A stretch of DNA of 64,000 nt from Escherichia phage vB_EcoM_VR26, in the sequence record NC_028957.1; one strand, given 5' to 3'. The position numbers and the translations under genes are program-made. The notes beneath the pieces were generated by a model. It did not search any database and was not told where the DNA came from. It saw nothing but the letters and a program-made list of their open reading frames with translations. This document shows positions 9,262 through 20,107 of the stretch, in pieces; within the stretch, counting starts at the first letter, position 1, and every line of letters starts with the position of its first letter.

Positions 9262-9864
9262 ATGCTTTTTTCATTTTTTAACCCAATTGATTATGATGCT
9301 AAAACAATCAGAAAAAACCCTGCATCATTGACGAAAGAAGACGTCTTAAGCATTCCAATGACTGACATTTTCAGAAATTATCGTGCTTACTTTGATAAGG
9401 TCGCGGTCAATTATACACCAAAAACCTATTACATTGCCGGAGCTCCACGCCCGGAAGAATTAGCATATCAGCTATACGGCAACACTCAGCTCTATTGGGT
9501 TCTCCTTATGCTCAATGATATCTATGACCCGTATTATGGTTGGCTTTGTACCCAAGAAGCATCGTATCAAGCATCAATTCAGAAATATTCAAATGTCGGG
9601 GGCAATCAGGTCCTTTATCATGTGAACGAAAACGGTGAGAAGTTCTGGAACCTTGTTTCTTATCCTGATAATCCATACACCTGGTACGATAAAGGCGATA
9701 AAAACAAATTATATCCGCAATACGAAGGTCCATTAGCCGCAGTGGATATCTATGAAGATGCTATTCGCAAAAATGAATACAAACGAGAAATAAAGATAAT
9801 CGACCCTAACGATATCGAATCTTTTATTTCGGCGCTTATTCGTGAGATGGAGAAGTCGCTATGA
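9262..9864 (+). CDS. 53: gp53 baseplate wedge protein
   Basis: In-frame ATG at 9262 with GGAGG SD (the track start at 9232 is TTG); 200 aa; followed by gene 5. Confidence 0.85.
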   Translation: MLFSFFNPIDYDAKTIRKNPASLTKEDVLSIPMTDIFRNYRAYFDKVAVNYTPKTYYIAGAPRPEELAYQLYGNTQLYWVLLMLNDIYDPYYGWLCTQEASYQASIQKYSNVGGNQVLYHVNENGEKFWNLVSYPDNPYTWYDKGDKNKLYPQYEGPLAAVDIYEDAIRKNEYKREIKIIDPNDIESFISALIREMEKSL

Positions 9865-11603
9865 TTAATATGTCAGATAGTGTAAGCTGGTTCGTCGGTG
9901 TGGTTGAAGACCGAATGGACCCACTGCAACAAGGCCGTGTGCGCGTTCGCGTGTGGGGGATGCATCCTTACGAAAAATCACAGGGACCTGTTAAAGGTAT
10001 AAGAACCGAAGACTTGCCATGGATGTCTGTGCTGATGCCAACATCATCTGCGTCGGTTTCTGGAATTCAAACTGCAATGACTGGTATGGTACCAGGGACT
10101 CAGGTATATGGTCACTTTTTAGACAAGTGGAAGCTCAACGGTCTTGTCATTGGTACATACGGTTCAGCCTCAAGACAAAAAGCAAATCCTAACGAAGGCT
10201 TCTCTGACCCTACGGGACAATACCCGCTTTATGTTGGTAATGATGCTGCGGCGCTTAACCGGGGCGGTGAAGTCGGTTATGATGCCACTTCAAACGTAAT
10301 CCAAGATTCAAACCTTGATTTAGGTATTAACCCCGATGGTCTTGATTTAAGTCAGGTTAAGCCAGACGATAACCCTAATTTCACAATTGAAAATATGCTT
10401 CACCGTGATGAGGGACTTCGTCTGAAAGTATATTGGGACACCGAAGGTTATCCGACTGTCGGGATTGGCCACCTTATTACACCACAACCTATTAGAGATA
10501 TGAATCAGATAAACAAAATATTATCTAATCAAATAGGCCGTGAAGTTAAAGGTAACCCTGGTGCAATATCAATGGACGAGGCTTCTGCATTATTCCAGGA
10601 AGACCTTAAGAAAGTACAAAGTGATATAGGTAGGCATAGTGTTGTAGGTCCGGTTTACAATAAAGAAAACCGTTCGAGACAAATGGCTCTTGAAAACATG
10701 GCTTTCCAAATGGGATTAGGTGGATTGGCTAAATTCCGTGGAATGCTTGGTGCAATGTTAATAGGCGATTATAAAAAGGCATTTGAGGAAGCTCGTAATT
10801 CAGTATGGTTTAACCAAACTAAAGGGCGCGCGTCAAGGGTATCAATGATTATCCTCACCGGTAATATGGAATCATATGGTATTATGGCTCCTAAAGAAAG
10901 ATCATTTAATGGTCGAATGTACCGAATGATTGAAACATTTAGTACCAAGGCTGGGGAAGACCCGGCTGACCCGTGGACCCCAGAAGATACAAGGATTCTG
11001 TTTAAAGAACCAGAATCAAGTTACAAAGGCGAATATCCTTACATACAGACAATGCAAACCGAAGGCGGTCACATTCAGGAATTCGATAACACTCCTGGGC
11101 AAGAACGTTATCGACTGATTCACCCGACTGGCTCCTACGAGGAAGTTGCACCAGATGGTCGTAAGACTTCGAAGACAGTAGCCGATGGTTATTATATGAC
11201 CCAGGGTGATTCGAGTACTTATGTCGGTGGTAATAATAAAGTCAACGTTGGTGGTGATGAAACCTATTACAATATGGCTAACGTTCGCAGACAAACCGAT
11301 GGAAACGAAAGCATTCATATCAGAGGGAATGAAACCAAAACTATCGAAGGTGACGGTACAATTATTGTCAAAGGTAATGTAAGTATTCTGGTCGAAGGTA
11401 ATGCTGAAATAACTGTTAAAGGTGATGCAAAAACTCTTGTCGAAGGTAACCATGATTATACAGTAAATGGTAATGTCAAATGGTCCGTTAATGGAAACGT
11501 TGATATGACTGTAGCTGGCAACTGGTCCGAGACTATGGCTTCAATGAGTTCTATTGCATCTGGACAATATACTATTGATGGTTCGAGGATTGACATTGGC
11601 TAA
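9861..11603 (+). CDS. 5: gp5 baseplate hub and tail lysozyme (cell-puncturing device)
   Basis: N-terminal NWFVGVVED...RVRVR, lysozyme motif GYPTVGIGHLI, C-terminal VxGN beta-helix repeats; 580 aa. Confidence 0.95.
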   Translation: MINMSDSVSWFVGVVEDRMDPLQQGRVRVRVWGMHPYEKSQGPVKGIRTEDLPWMSVLMPTSSASVSGIQTAMTGMVPGTQVYGHFLDKWKLNGLVIGTYGSASRQKANPNEGFSDPTGQYPLYVGNDAAALNRGGEVGYDATSNVIQDSNLDLGINPDGLDLSQVKPDDNPNFTIENMLHRDEGLRLKVYWDTEGYPTVGIGHLITPQPIRDMNQINKILSNQIGREVKGNPGAISMDEASALFQEDLKKVQSDIGRHSVVGPVYNKENRSRQMALENMAFQMGLGGLAKFRGMLGAMLIGDYKKAFEEARNSVWFNQTKGRASRVSMIILTGNMESYGIMAPKERSFNGRMYRMIETFSTKAGEDPADPWTPEDTRILFKEPESSYKGEYPYIQTMQTEGGHIQEFDNTPGQERYRLIHPTGSYEEVAPDGRKTSKTVADGYYMTQGDSSTYVGGNNKVNVGGDETYYNMANVRRQTDGNESIHIRGNETKTIEGDGTIIVKGNVSILVEGNAEITVKGDAKTLVEGNHDYTVNGNVKWSVNGNVDMTVAGNWSETMASMSSIASGQYTIDGSRIDIG

Positions 11604-11637
11604 TATAATCCCAATGAGCACTGATTTAGGAGACTCC

Positions 11638-12135
11638 ATGGAAGGAGCTTCAATCGATGTTACGTTTACCGCTCAATTAGAAACAAACGAAACATTAGTC
11701 GAAATAAATATAACTGAATATGAGGCCACCCCTGGCGTTAATGTTGAGGGCAATCATCTTTATGGTGTTTATGAATCCGTGTTCGGATTTGCAGATGATG
11801 CGCTTAAATATCGGCTTAACGATGAATTCAAAACTGCTGCTTCATGGGAAGAACTTCCTGTGGATAAGAGTACTCAATTGTATCTCTGGAGGGCCCCAGC
11901 GAGCCTCCAGAAGGTCTTTTCATACACAGTAACCCTAACCTATGACTTTCAAGAAGAGAGCTCTGGAGGAGACACAGGGAACTCTGGTGGTAGTAATAGT
12001 CGGGCAGGCAACGAGACAGACCCACCTCCGGCCCCAGTAAGAAAGACAATGACAAAAGTTTACACAAAAACTATCGTCGGTAACTGGAGCCGATGGGCAG
12101 ATAAATTGCGTTCATACGTATACGCGAGGGATTAA
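11638..12135 (+). CDS. gp5.1-like hypothetical protein
   Basis: Start chosen at the ATG at 11638 (AGGAG SD 5 nt upstream); an in-frame ATG at 11614 is also possible. Confidence 0.55.
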   Translation: MEGASIDVTFTAQLETNETLVEINITEYEATPGVNVEGNHLYGVYESVFGFADDALKYRLNDEFKTAASWEELPVDKSTQLYLWRAPASLQKVFSYTVTLTYDFQEESSGGDTGNSGGSNSRAGNETDPPPAPVRKTMTKVYTKTIVGNWSRWADKLRSYVYARD

Positions 12136-12429
12136 ATGGCTGGATTAAGTTTTAATCAATGTGTTACAGCAGGTCACGAAGCATGGCCACCGACTGTAAT
12201 CAATGCAACTCAAGGTAAAGTATTCACCGGGGGAATTCCTGTGTTAGTTGCCGGGGACCCTATTACCGAACATACCGAAATTAAAAAACCATATGAAACC
12301 CACGGTGGAGTAACACAACCAAGAACTCCGAAGGTATTTGTTACCGGTAAGAAAGCTGTTCAAATGGCGGACCCGATTTCATGTGGTGATACTGTGGCTC
12401 AAGCTTCAGGAAAGGTGTTCATAAAATGA
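12136..12429 (+). CDS. 5.4: gp5.4 PAAR-repeat spike-tip protein
   Basis: 97 aa, same length as T4 gp5.4; directly downstream of gene 5. Confidence 0.85.
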   Translation: MAGLSFNQCVTAGHEAWPPTVINATQGKVFTGGIPVLVAGDPITEHTEIKKPYETHGGVTQPRTPKVFVTGKKAVQMADPISCGDTVAQASGKVFIK

Positions 12430-13103
12430 ACAAAGAATTTAATTTTGTATATGTAACTACAAACCTAGAAAATGGTAAAAAGTATATAGGCAAACATTCT
12501 ACTGATGATATGTTTGATGGATATTACGGTACAGGGGAGCTTATCAAAAAAGCTTATAAAAAATATGGAAAGGATTTGTTTGAGACAAAAATAATAAAAT
12601 TTTTTGATACTGAAGATGAGGCTTACGACTACGAAGAATTTTTAGTAGACGAATCTATAATTTATGATGATAGATATTATAATATAGATTTGGGTGGCAA
12701 AGGAAGTATGCGAGGAAGAAAGCATAAGGAATCTTCAAAGAAGCAAATATCAGACAAAATGAAGGGTAGGTCAAAGCCACCACGAAGTAAAGAATATATT
12801 GAAAATTTTGAAAAAGCTATGGCCAAAAGGAGAAAACCTAAGTCACCTCCTAAACCGAGGGTTTTTGTTAGAGGAGAAGAACATCCTTTATATAAAAGAC
12901 CCAGACCGCAATCTGTTATTGACCTATGTAAACTTAATAATAGAAAACACCCCATATGGCAATCATACGATATTTTATTCAAATTATGGAAAGAAAATGA
13001 TAAGCCAGGTTGGAGAAAAATGACCCGATTAGCCATTGAAAACGGATTTCCAAATACGGCTTATGATAAAATGATAAAACAATTTAAACAGGATTCAGAA
13101 TAA
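12426..13103 (+). CDS. GIY-YIG homing endonuclease (Seg-like)
   Basis: FVYVTTN...KYIGKHS GIY-YIG motif, Seg-like [21 protein letters not shown]3-like [12 protein letters not shown]; inserted between 5.4 and 6. Confidence 0.8.
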   Translation: MNKEFNFVYVTTNLENGKKYIGKHSTDDMFDGYYGTGELIKKAYKKYGKDLFETKIIKFFDTEDEAYDYEEFLVDESIIYDDRYYNIDLGGKGSMRGRKHKESSKKQISDKMKGRSKPPRSKEYIENFEKAMAKRRKPKSPPKPRVFVRGEEHPLYKRPRPQSVIDLCKLNNRKHPIWQSYDILFKLWKENDKPGWRKMTRLAIENGFPNTAYDKMIKQFKQDSE

Positions 13104-15049
13104 TGGCTACTCCTACGAATTACCAATTAACAAGAACCGTTAACGCTATCCCAAAAGTATTTGTGGGAGCTACGTTTGAAGAAATTAAAAAGAACATCAT
13201 CGACTGGTTATCAAGCCAGGATGAATTTAAGGATTATGATTTCGTAGGTTCGCGAATGAACATCCTGATTGATATGCTTGCATATAATACATTGTATATG
13301 CAGCAGTTTGCTAATACAGCGGTTTATGAAACATTCATCGGAACTGCAAACTTAAGGTCTTCGGTTGTTCAGGCGGCACAGGATAATGGCTATCTTCCAT
13401 CTTCTCGCTCAGCTGCAAAGACTTCTGTTATGTTGACGTGTTCCCATGCTCTGCAGCCATCGAATATTGAAATACCTCGTGGAACTAAGTTCCTGGCTTA
13501 TGCTCGGGATACATCAGCTGACCCTTATGTTTTTGTTACCACGGAAAATGTTATCGCAGTTAAAGATATTAACAACCAATACCTTCCGATTGTATCTCTG
13601 GCACAAGGTCGTATTATTCGTACAGAACTTTTATATGACCCGAAACAACCTATTCTTATTCGTGACCCGGATATCGACCGCAAAGAAGTTAAGTTATACG
13701 TGAACGGCGTTGAGTGGGTTGACTGGACGAACAAATCAATGGTTCACGCTGGTTCGACTTCCACCATATTTTATATGCGTGAAACAATCGATGGTTATAC
13801 GGAATTTTTCTTCGGTGAAGGTGAATCTACTAAATCTGTAGCCGGCGGCGTTATGGAAGCCAACTATATTGGCGGTCTTAAACCTGTGCAAGATTCGACA
13901 ATTGTTATTGAGTATCTTCGTACATCAGGAGCGGATGCTAACGGTGCAGTAGATTTCAGTTATGCTGATACGTTGTCTTATATCACAGTGGATAAGATTA
14001 CCGAAAACTACAATGACGACCCTGATTATGTCGGTGCCGATGGTGGTGGTGACCAGGAAGATATCGAACGAATCCGTGAACTGGCTGTTGTTAAACGTGA
14101 AGCGCAGATGCGTGCTGTCACCGGAACGGATTATGATACCTTCGTATCTGAAAGATTCGGCTCAATCGTGCAAGCCGTACAGACGTTTACGGACGCCAAT
14201 AAACCTGGGTATGCGTTTATATCAGTTAAGCCTAAATCGGGCCTATATCTCACTGCAGTGCAGCGTGAGGACATACAGAACTACCTGGCGGATTTCAACG
14301 TATCAACAATTACACCATCGGTTATTTCTCCAGATTATTTGTTCCTTAGACATAATATCAAAGTATCTTATGCACTGAACAAATTACAAGAATCTGAACA
14401 ATGGTTGCAAGCGCAAATCATTAATCAAATTGACCGTTATTATATCGATGAAGTCGAAATCTTTAACAGAAGTTTTGCTAAGTCAAAAATGCTCACATAT
14501 GTTGATAATACTGACCATAGTATTCTTGGTTCGTCTGCAACTATTTCGATGGTGCGTGAAGTCCTGAACTTCTTTAAGACACCAGAATCCGGCATTAAAT
14601 ACTATAACCAGTATGGCAACCGTTCCGTCGAATCAAGTGAATTTGAATTTGTTCCGACCACAGGTGAAGCCTATAACGTTCGCATTGTTGCAACTGATAA
14701 AGATTCTCGTGGTGATGGTAAAATGGTAATTGGTCCATTCCGTCAGGGCGATGTTATCGAAAACGTAAACATCCAGCCTTATCTACAAGATGACTTTAAT
14801 AAAATGGAAGCTCCGGCTGACCAAACAGTTTATTACGCAATCGGCGAAATTGACTATTATTCTGATTATATTTTTTGGGATATCGCTGCGATTGGATTGA
14901 CCTCCGACCGCTTTGAGGTTCAATCAATCGAACTTTATGCAAGTCCTAACCAAGATAATATATACACGCAAGATGGTTCGCTGATTGTATTTGAGAATGA
15001 CCTTCGTCCCCAATATACAAAGATTGACCTCGAACCAATTACACTATAA
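13103..15049 (+). CDS. 6: gp6 baseplate wedge protein
   Basis: 648 aa; synteny and similarity to T4 gp6. Confidence 0.9.
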   Translation: MATPTNYQLTRTVNAIPKVFVGATFEEIKKNIIDWLSSQDEFKDYDFVGSRMNILIDMLAYNTLYMQQFANTAVYETFIGTANLRSSVVQAAQDNGYLPSSRSAAKTSVMLTCSHALQPSNIEIPRGTKFLAYARDTSADPYVFVTTENVIAVKDINNQYLPIVSLAQGRIIRTELLYDPKQPILIRDPDIDRKEVKLYVNGVEWVDWTNKSMVHAGSTSTIFYMRETIDGYTEFFFGEGESTKSVAGGVMEANYIGGLKPVQDSTIVIEYLRTSGADANGAVDFSYADTLSYITVDKITENYNDDPDYVGADGGGDQEDIERIRELAVVKREAQMRAVTGTDYDTFVSERFGSIVQAVQTFTDANKPGYAFISVKPKSGLYLTAVQREDIQNYLADFNVSTITPSVISPDYLFLRHNIKVSYALNKLQESEQWLQAQIINQIDRYYIDEVEIFNRSFAKSKMLTYVDNTDHSILGSSATISMVREVLNFFKTPESGIKYYNQYGNRSVESSEFEFVPTTGEAYNVRIVATDKDSRGDGKMVIGPFRQGDVIENVNIQPYLQDDFNKMEAPADQTVYYAIGEIDYYSDYIFWDIAAIGLTSDRFEVQSIELYASPNQDNIYTQDGSLIVFENDLRPQYTKIDLEPITL

Positions 15050-15068
15050 GCCTCTTCGGAGGCTTTTT
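15050..15068 (+). terminator. intra-operon hairpin (possible partial terminator) between genes 6 and 7
   Basis: GCCTC TTCG GAGGC followed by TTTTT. Confidence 0.4.
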
Positions 15069-15077
15069 AAGGAAACC

Positions 15078-18000
15078 ATGATGAGTGTTAAAGCCCCTTA
15101 TGTAACCAGCTTACGGATTGATAAACTATCTGCTAACCAGGTTAGCATAAAATGGGATAATGTTGGCGCCAACTTTTATTATTTTGTTGAGATTGCTCCG
15201 ACAAAAGAAAATGGTGTTGCTATTCCAGAAGAAAATCTGTTATGGAGGAATTTAGGTTATACTCCAGACAATGAATGGTTCGAACAAGATTTTATTCGTC
15301 CAGTATCATTTTACAAAATGCGTGTTGCCGTTGCAGCAATGGGTTTTGAGCAATCTGATTGGGTTTATACCGAAGAATTTGAAACCTTTGCAACTAACGC
15401 ATACACATTTGAACACATGCGTGAGTTTACATTAACAAATAAATTCATTGAAGAAAAATTCGCAAACAACAACCAGGCTTATATTAACTTTAATAATGAT
15501 GCGATTACGGCATCGTTGATGTCCGAAGATTTTAGCTTTACTCCTGCATATTCTCATTTGTCTTCAATTTCAAACTATGTATTAAAGGAAGACCAATATC
15601 ACGAAATTCAGGGTAGCATTCAGCCAGTGTGTAACGATGTTAATCGTACAATGATTGCTGAACTTGGTGGCGTGTTGTATTTGTTTGAACGATTCCAGAC
15701 AACTGTCAAAGTCTCCAATGATAAAGGACAGAACTGGTATTATGTGAAATTGTTTAATGACCGTATCGGCAACCCCGTATCGCGCACAATTTATTATCAA
15801 TCAGATACGACAACTTATGTGCTTGGGTATGACCGAATTTTTTACGGTCGTAAATCAAGTGACGTAAGATGGTCTGCTGATGATGTTCGATTCAGTTCTC
15901 AGGATATAACATTTGCAAAAATTGGTTCGGATATCAATCTCGGATTCGATATTGAAATATTTGGCACGTATGCAAGACTCCCTGCTTATATCTCAACAAT
16001 TGCTGAAGCAATTACTACGACTGATTCCATGATTTACGTTTCTGGCCGTGACCGCGTGTACAAAGCTAAATCTTCTGATGCTCCGATTGATAATGACCCT
16101 AACTCTCCAACGTTTGGTGAAAAATTGTTTGAAGCTGGTTTTAGCACAATAAGCGGCAACCCAAAAGCTGTTTGTTATAAGATGGATTCAATTGATGGTG
16201 AAGTGTTTGCATTAATCACAGGTGAAGTAAAAGAAGAACGTCAAGACCCGACTAAACCTGAAAACGTTGTCGATTCACTATCGAAGGGCGTTTATAAATT
16301 AAATACTGATACCGATACATGGACACGAGTTTTTGGTAACACAGAAGACGAACGTCGCCGTATTGAACATGGTTACACAAGCATGTCAACTGATGGAATT
16401 GAACTTTTTATCAGTTCAAGTAATTTCCATTATTCCGTGGAACCAGATACTGCATTACCTGAAAAATACCCTGATGAAGTTAATAGCGCAGTCAAATATG
16501 TGTACGACGAACAATGGATACATGACAAGCATTATTTGATGATGAGTTTTAGGTCAAATAAAGATTCAGGCTGGGAAGAATTTAAACCAGGTCGAATGAC
16601 TTATTACGCTGAACCATTTTTCAACTGGTCAAGACGCGATGATACTCGTTGTTGGATTACGACTTCTGACCGAGCTCTGGTTGTGTACAACGATATGTTG
16701 TATCAAAAAATTATCGATACATTCGGCGGTTCATCCCCGGAACGTATTGTGCATGAATATTGGAACAAAGGTCAAGTAACAGTAACAGCGCCTAACATCG
16801 AATTTAATGGCTTTAAAAAATATGCTTCCGGTATTATGCTGCACAAAAATACTGGGGAACTTATTGGTTATTTTGAATTCGACTATCGTATGCGTGATGA
16901 AGTTCGCCTTATCTGGAAACCAAAAGAAATTATGTTCACTGCTGAATTACAAAACCAGGAACACGATATTCCATGGACTCCTGATAATGATAATCAGGAA
17001 AAAGACCCGGACTTGCGCCCGTTGTTAACTAAAATGGTACCGGATAGTTACTTACTACAAGATTCCAACTTTGAAAAATTCTGTGAATACTATTTGCAGT
17101 TTATCAGTGATGGTTCTGGTACGTATTACAACAACCTTTTAAATCTTATTCGCAACCAATATCCTCGTGAAGAAGATGCATGGGAATACTTGTGGAGTGA
17201 GATGTACAAAAGAAACATTTATTTGTCAAAAACCAAGCGTGATGAAGTTGTAAGGTTTTTCGAAGCTCGCCAATCAGATTTCTGGGCAACCAAGGGGACT
17301 GAAGCGTCTTACAAATTCTTGTTTAAATTGTTGTACAATGAAGACGTTGAAATTGATATCGAATCCAAGAATGGAACCGAATACGACATAATTGTTGAAT
17401 CTGATAATATCAGTGAAGATATCGTAGGGCAAACCATTTACACCCCAACTGGCCGTAGTAACGTAACTTATATGGAGCGTGACTATAAACAGGGTAAATT
17501 GAGATGGCGTATAACAATCCATAACTTGCTTGGACGCTTTATTGTCGGTCAAGAAATTAAATCCGAACGAACTTCTTTCGAAGGTATGATTGTTCAGGGT
17601 GTTCGCGGTAAAGAATTGTTAAGCAACAATATTGACTATATCAACCGAAATCGTTCTTATTATGTGATGACTATTAAATCAAGTCTGCCTACCTCCCGTT
17701 ATCGCAATGACGTTTTGCGTTTTGTGCATCCGGTTGGATTTGGATTTGTTGGAATTACATTATTGACAATGTTTGTTAACGCGGGTTTGTCATTAAAACA
17801 CACTGAGACAATTATCAACAAATTGAACAACTATCGTTGGTCGTCTGGTATTCCGTCTGAATGGTGTGACCGTATCGCAGTTATCGGTGTTGATAGTAAT
17901 ATTGAGAAAAACCCAGTCACTGGTGAAGCAGTATATAATATTGCTCCTAATGCTGGATTGCCGTTCCCATTACCGGCCGATTACGATGCAGAAAACGATT

Positions 18001-18176
18001 TCTCGGATTTCCATGGAACTCTTCCTTCTGAACGTCGTAAAAAGTACAGTCCATTGTTTGACCAGTCTGCGGTTACATTTTCTAACTGGCGCAATTTGGT
18101 TAATCAACGTCTTAAGGATGATATTGGAAATCCACGTGACCCTAGAGACCCGACACAGGTAAAAGTAAATGAATAA
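15078..18176 (+). CDS. 7: gp7 baseplate wedge protein
   Basis: Start at the ATG at 15078 after AAGGAAACC; 1032 aa; the upstream part of the track ORF overlaps the gene 6 end. Confidence 0.9.
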   Translation: MMSVKAPYVTSLRIDKLSANQVSIKWDNVGANFYYFVEIAPTKENGVAIPEENLLWRNLGYTPDNEWFEQDFIRPVSFYKMRVAVAAMGFEQSDWVYTEEFETFATNAYTFEHMREFTLTNKFIEEKFANNNQAYINFNNDAITASLMSEDFSFTPAYSHLSSISNYVLKEDQYHEIQGSIQPVCNDVNRTMIAELGGVLYLFERFQTTVKVSNDKGQNWYYVKLFNDRIGNPVSRTIYYQSDTTTYVLGYDRIFYGRKSSDVRWSADDVRFSSQDITFAKIGSDINLGFDIEIFGTYARLPAYISTIAEAITTTDSMIYVSGRDRVYKAKSSDAPIDNDPNSPTFGEKLFEAGFSTISGNPKAVCYKMDSIDGEVFALITGEVKEERQDPTKPENVVDSLSKGVYKLNTDTDTWTRVFGNTEDERRRIEHGYTSMSTDGIELFISSSNFHYSVEPDTALPEKYPDEVNSAVKYVYDEQWIHDKHYLMMSFRSNKDSGWEEFKPGRMTYYAEPFFNWSRRDDTRCWITTSDRALVVYNDMLYQKIIDTFGGSSPERIVHEYWNKGQVTVTAPNIEFNGFKKYASGIMLHKNTGELIGYFEFDYRMRDEVRLIWKPKEIMFTAELQNQEHDIPWTPDNDNQEKDPDLRPLLTKMVPDSYLLQDSNFEKFCEYYLQFISDGSGTYYNNLLNLIRNQYPREEDAWEYLWSEMYKRNIYLSKTKRDEVVRFFEARQSDFWATKGTEASYKFLFKLLYNEDVEIDIESKNGTEYDIIVESDNISEDIVGQTIYTPTGRSNVTYMERDYKQGKLRWRITIHNLLGRFIVGQEIKSERTSFEGMIVQGVRGKELLSNNIDYINRNRSYYVMTIKSSLPTSRYRNDVLRFVHPVGFGFVGITLLTMFVNAGLSLKHTETIINKLNNYRWSSGIPSEWCDRIAVIGVDSNIEKNPVTGEAVYNIAPNAGLPFPLPADYDAENDFSDFHGTLPSERRKKYSPLFDQSAVTFSNWRNLVNQRLKDDIGNPRDPRDPTQVKVNE

Positions 18177-19173
18177 TTCAACTGTAGTTTACCGTTCGAT
18201 AATTACCTCCAAATTTCGAACGGAAAAAATGTATAATTTCTATAAAATGATTGGCAACGAACCGGACGAAAACACTATGTATGTGACGTTCGGACGCGCT
18301 GAACCCTGGGCATCGAATGAGAATGACCCGGGGTTCGCCCCTCCTTATCCTGTTGATACAGCGCAAGGTGTTGAAGATACATGGACAAATATGATGGGCG
18401 CCGTTAAGGTTTACAAATCAATGCTTGACTGTGTTGTCCCTCGCAAAGACTGGGGTGATATAAGATATCCTAATCCGTTGAACTTCCAAGTCGGTGAAAT
18501 TGTTGTAGCTAACAGCGCACCATATAACCGAACAGATGTTGGTAAAGGTTGGATGGTTTATCGTTGTGTTGATGTTCCGGATGTTGGTACTTGCTCCATT
18601 TATTCAATTATCAATAAAGAAGAATGCTTAAAACTCGGTGGTCGCTGGACTGCAGAATTTAACTCAACCCGTGCCCCCGCAGGTACAGGTGATACCGAAG
18701 GAAGAGTTGATATGGGCGATGGTTATCTGTGGGAATATTTGTATGAGATTCCACCGGATGTGTCTATCAACCGATGCACAAACGAATATATCGTTGTTCC
18801 ATGGCCGGAAGAAATTGAGGAAGACCCTGTTCGTTGGGGATATGCAGACAATATCAGCTGGCAGCAAAATGATTATGGATTGATTTATCGAATTAAAGGT
18901 TATACGATTCGATTTAAAGCATTCATGGATTCCATTTACTTCCCGGAATTTAGTTTACCAGGTAACAAAGGTTTCCGTCAGCTGTCGATTATTGCTAACC
19001 CATTGGAAGTAAAAGTTCACCCTAATGACCCAAATATCAAAGCAATCAAAGAATACTATGATGCGATTGATTTGGACCGTCATTCTGGGGAAATGATTTA
19101 CATGGAAAACCGTCCGCCGATTATCCGTGCAATGGACCAGACAGAAGAAGTTAATATTATTTTTGAATTCTAA
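18169..19173 (+). CDS. 8: gp8 baseplate wedge protein
   Basis: 334 aa, identical in length to T4 gp8. Confidence 0.9.
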   Translation: MNNSTVVYRSIITSKFRTEKMYNFYKMIGNEPDENTMYVTFGRAEPWASNENDPGFAPPYPVDTAQGVEDTWTNMMGAVKVYKSMLDCVVPRKDWGDIRYPNPLNFQVGEIVVANSAPYNRTDVGKGWMVYRCVDVPDVGTCSIYSIINKEECLKLGGRWTAEFNSTRAPAGTGDTEGRVDMGDGYLWEYLYEIPPDVSINRCTNEYIVVPWPEEIEEDPVRWGYADNISWQQNDYGLIYRIKGYTIRFKAFMDSIYFPEFSLPGNKGFRQLSIIANPLEVKVHPNDPNIKAIKEYYDAIDLDRHSGEMIYMENRPPIIRAMDQTEEVNIIFEF

Positions 19174-19174
19174 C

Positions 19175-19199
19175 AAGGGACCTTTGGGTCCCTTTTTTA
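19175..19199 (+). terminator. rho-independent terminator after gene 8
   Basis: GGGACC TTTG GGTCCC followed by TTTTTT. Confidence 0.7.
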
Positions 19200-19202
19200 T
19201 TT

Positions 19203-19210
19203 TATAAATA
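19203..19210 (+). promoter_or_regulatory. late promoter TATAAATA for gene 9
   Basis: Exact TATAAATA about 28 nt upstream of the gene 9 ATG. Confidence 0.65.
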
Positions 19211-19237
19211 TAGCTATATCAATAACGAGGCTTACCT

Positions 19238-20107
19238 ATGATTAATCAAACCCCAAAATTATTAGTAGACATCGGCGAGATTGGTAACGCCAGCACCGGT
19301 GATATTCTATATGAAGGCGGTCGTAAACTGAACGTGGATTTAGACAGTTTGTATAATACATTCGGTGACCAGCGTCTGTACTCTGTGAACAATGGAGAAA
19401 ACTCCCAGGTACTTCATGCGACTGGCTACTATCAAAAAGCTACAAATATCATCGAATGGAACTCAACTGTTGCTCTCGGCTCTATGCGTGATGTCAATAC
19501 TGCAGAAGGAGTTGTTACTGCAAGAATTGCAAAAGGTAAAGCGGGTGAAGGCATTATCTTTATTAACTCCAACGGTTCATTATCTACCTCGATGCCACTG
19601 GAAGTTGAACTGCAAGGCACAGATTCGTTCCTGACCGCTGCAACGAACAAAATGAAATTTACCCAACCTTATACAAAAATTACATTGTGGTGTATTGACG
19701 ATGCCAACGGCGTAGGTACCTGGGACTACAAAATCGAAAGTATGTTTGGCAACCAATCTGTATTGCTCGACAAAACATATAATATGAGCTCGGTTGTTCG
19801 TGATATTCCAATCGCTTTCCGGGCAGATTATAAAACTATAAAATTGATGCTGACAGCTATTTCAACAGACGAAACTAAATACAAAGCATCAGAAATATTA
19901 CTTTACATCGACCTTAAAGACCGCAAGGTATATAGCACAGAATACGCTGTAATCAGACGTGGTCAAGCTAGCGAAGAAGATGAGATATACGCCATCGATT
20001 TTAGAATTGATAATCAGGACATCATCCAGGCGGCTATAAGCTCACCCACTGCCATGAAGCTCGCTATTAAAGTAATTTCCGCCCAAACAATCGGAGTACC
20101 GGTATAA
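19238..20107 (+). CDS. 9: gp9 baseplate wedge, long-tail-fiber socket
   Basis: 289 aa; synteny. Confidence 0.9.
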   Translation: MINQTPKLLVDIGEIGNASTGDILYEGGRKLNVDLDSLYNTFGDQRLYSVNNGENSQVLHATGYYQKATNIIEWNSTVALGSMRDVNTAEGVVTARIAKGKAGEGIIFINSNGSLSTSMPLEVELQGTDSFLTAATNKMKFTQPYTKITLWCIDDANGVGTWDYKIESMFGNQSVLLDKTYNMSSVVRDIPIAFRADYKTIKLMLTAISTDETKYKASEILLYIDLKDRKVYSTEYAVIRRGQASEEDEIYAIDFRIDNQDIIQAAISSPTAMKLAIKVISAQTIGVPV

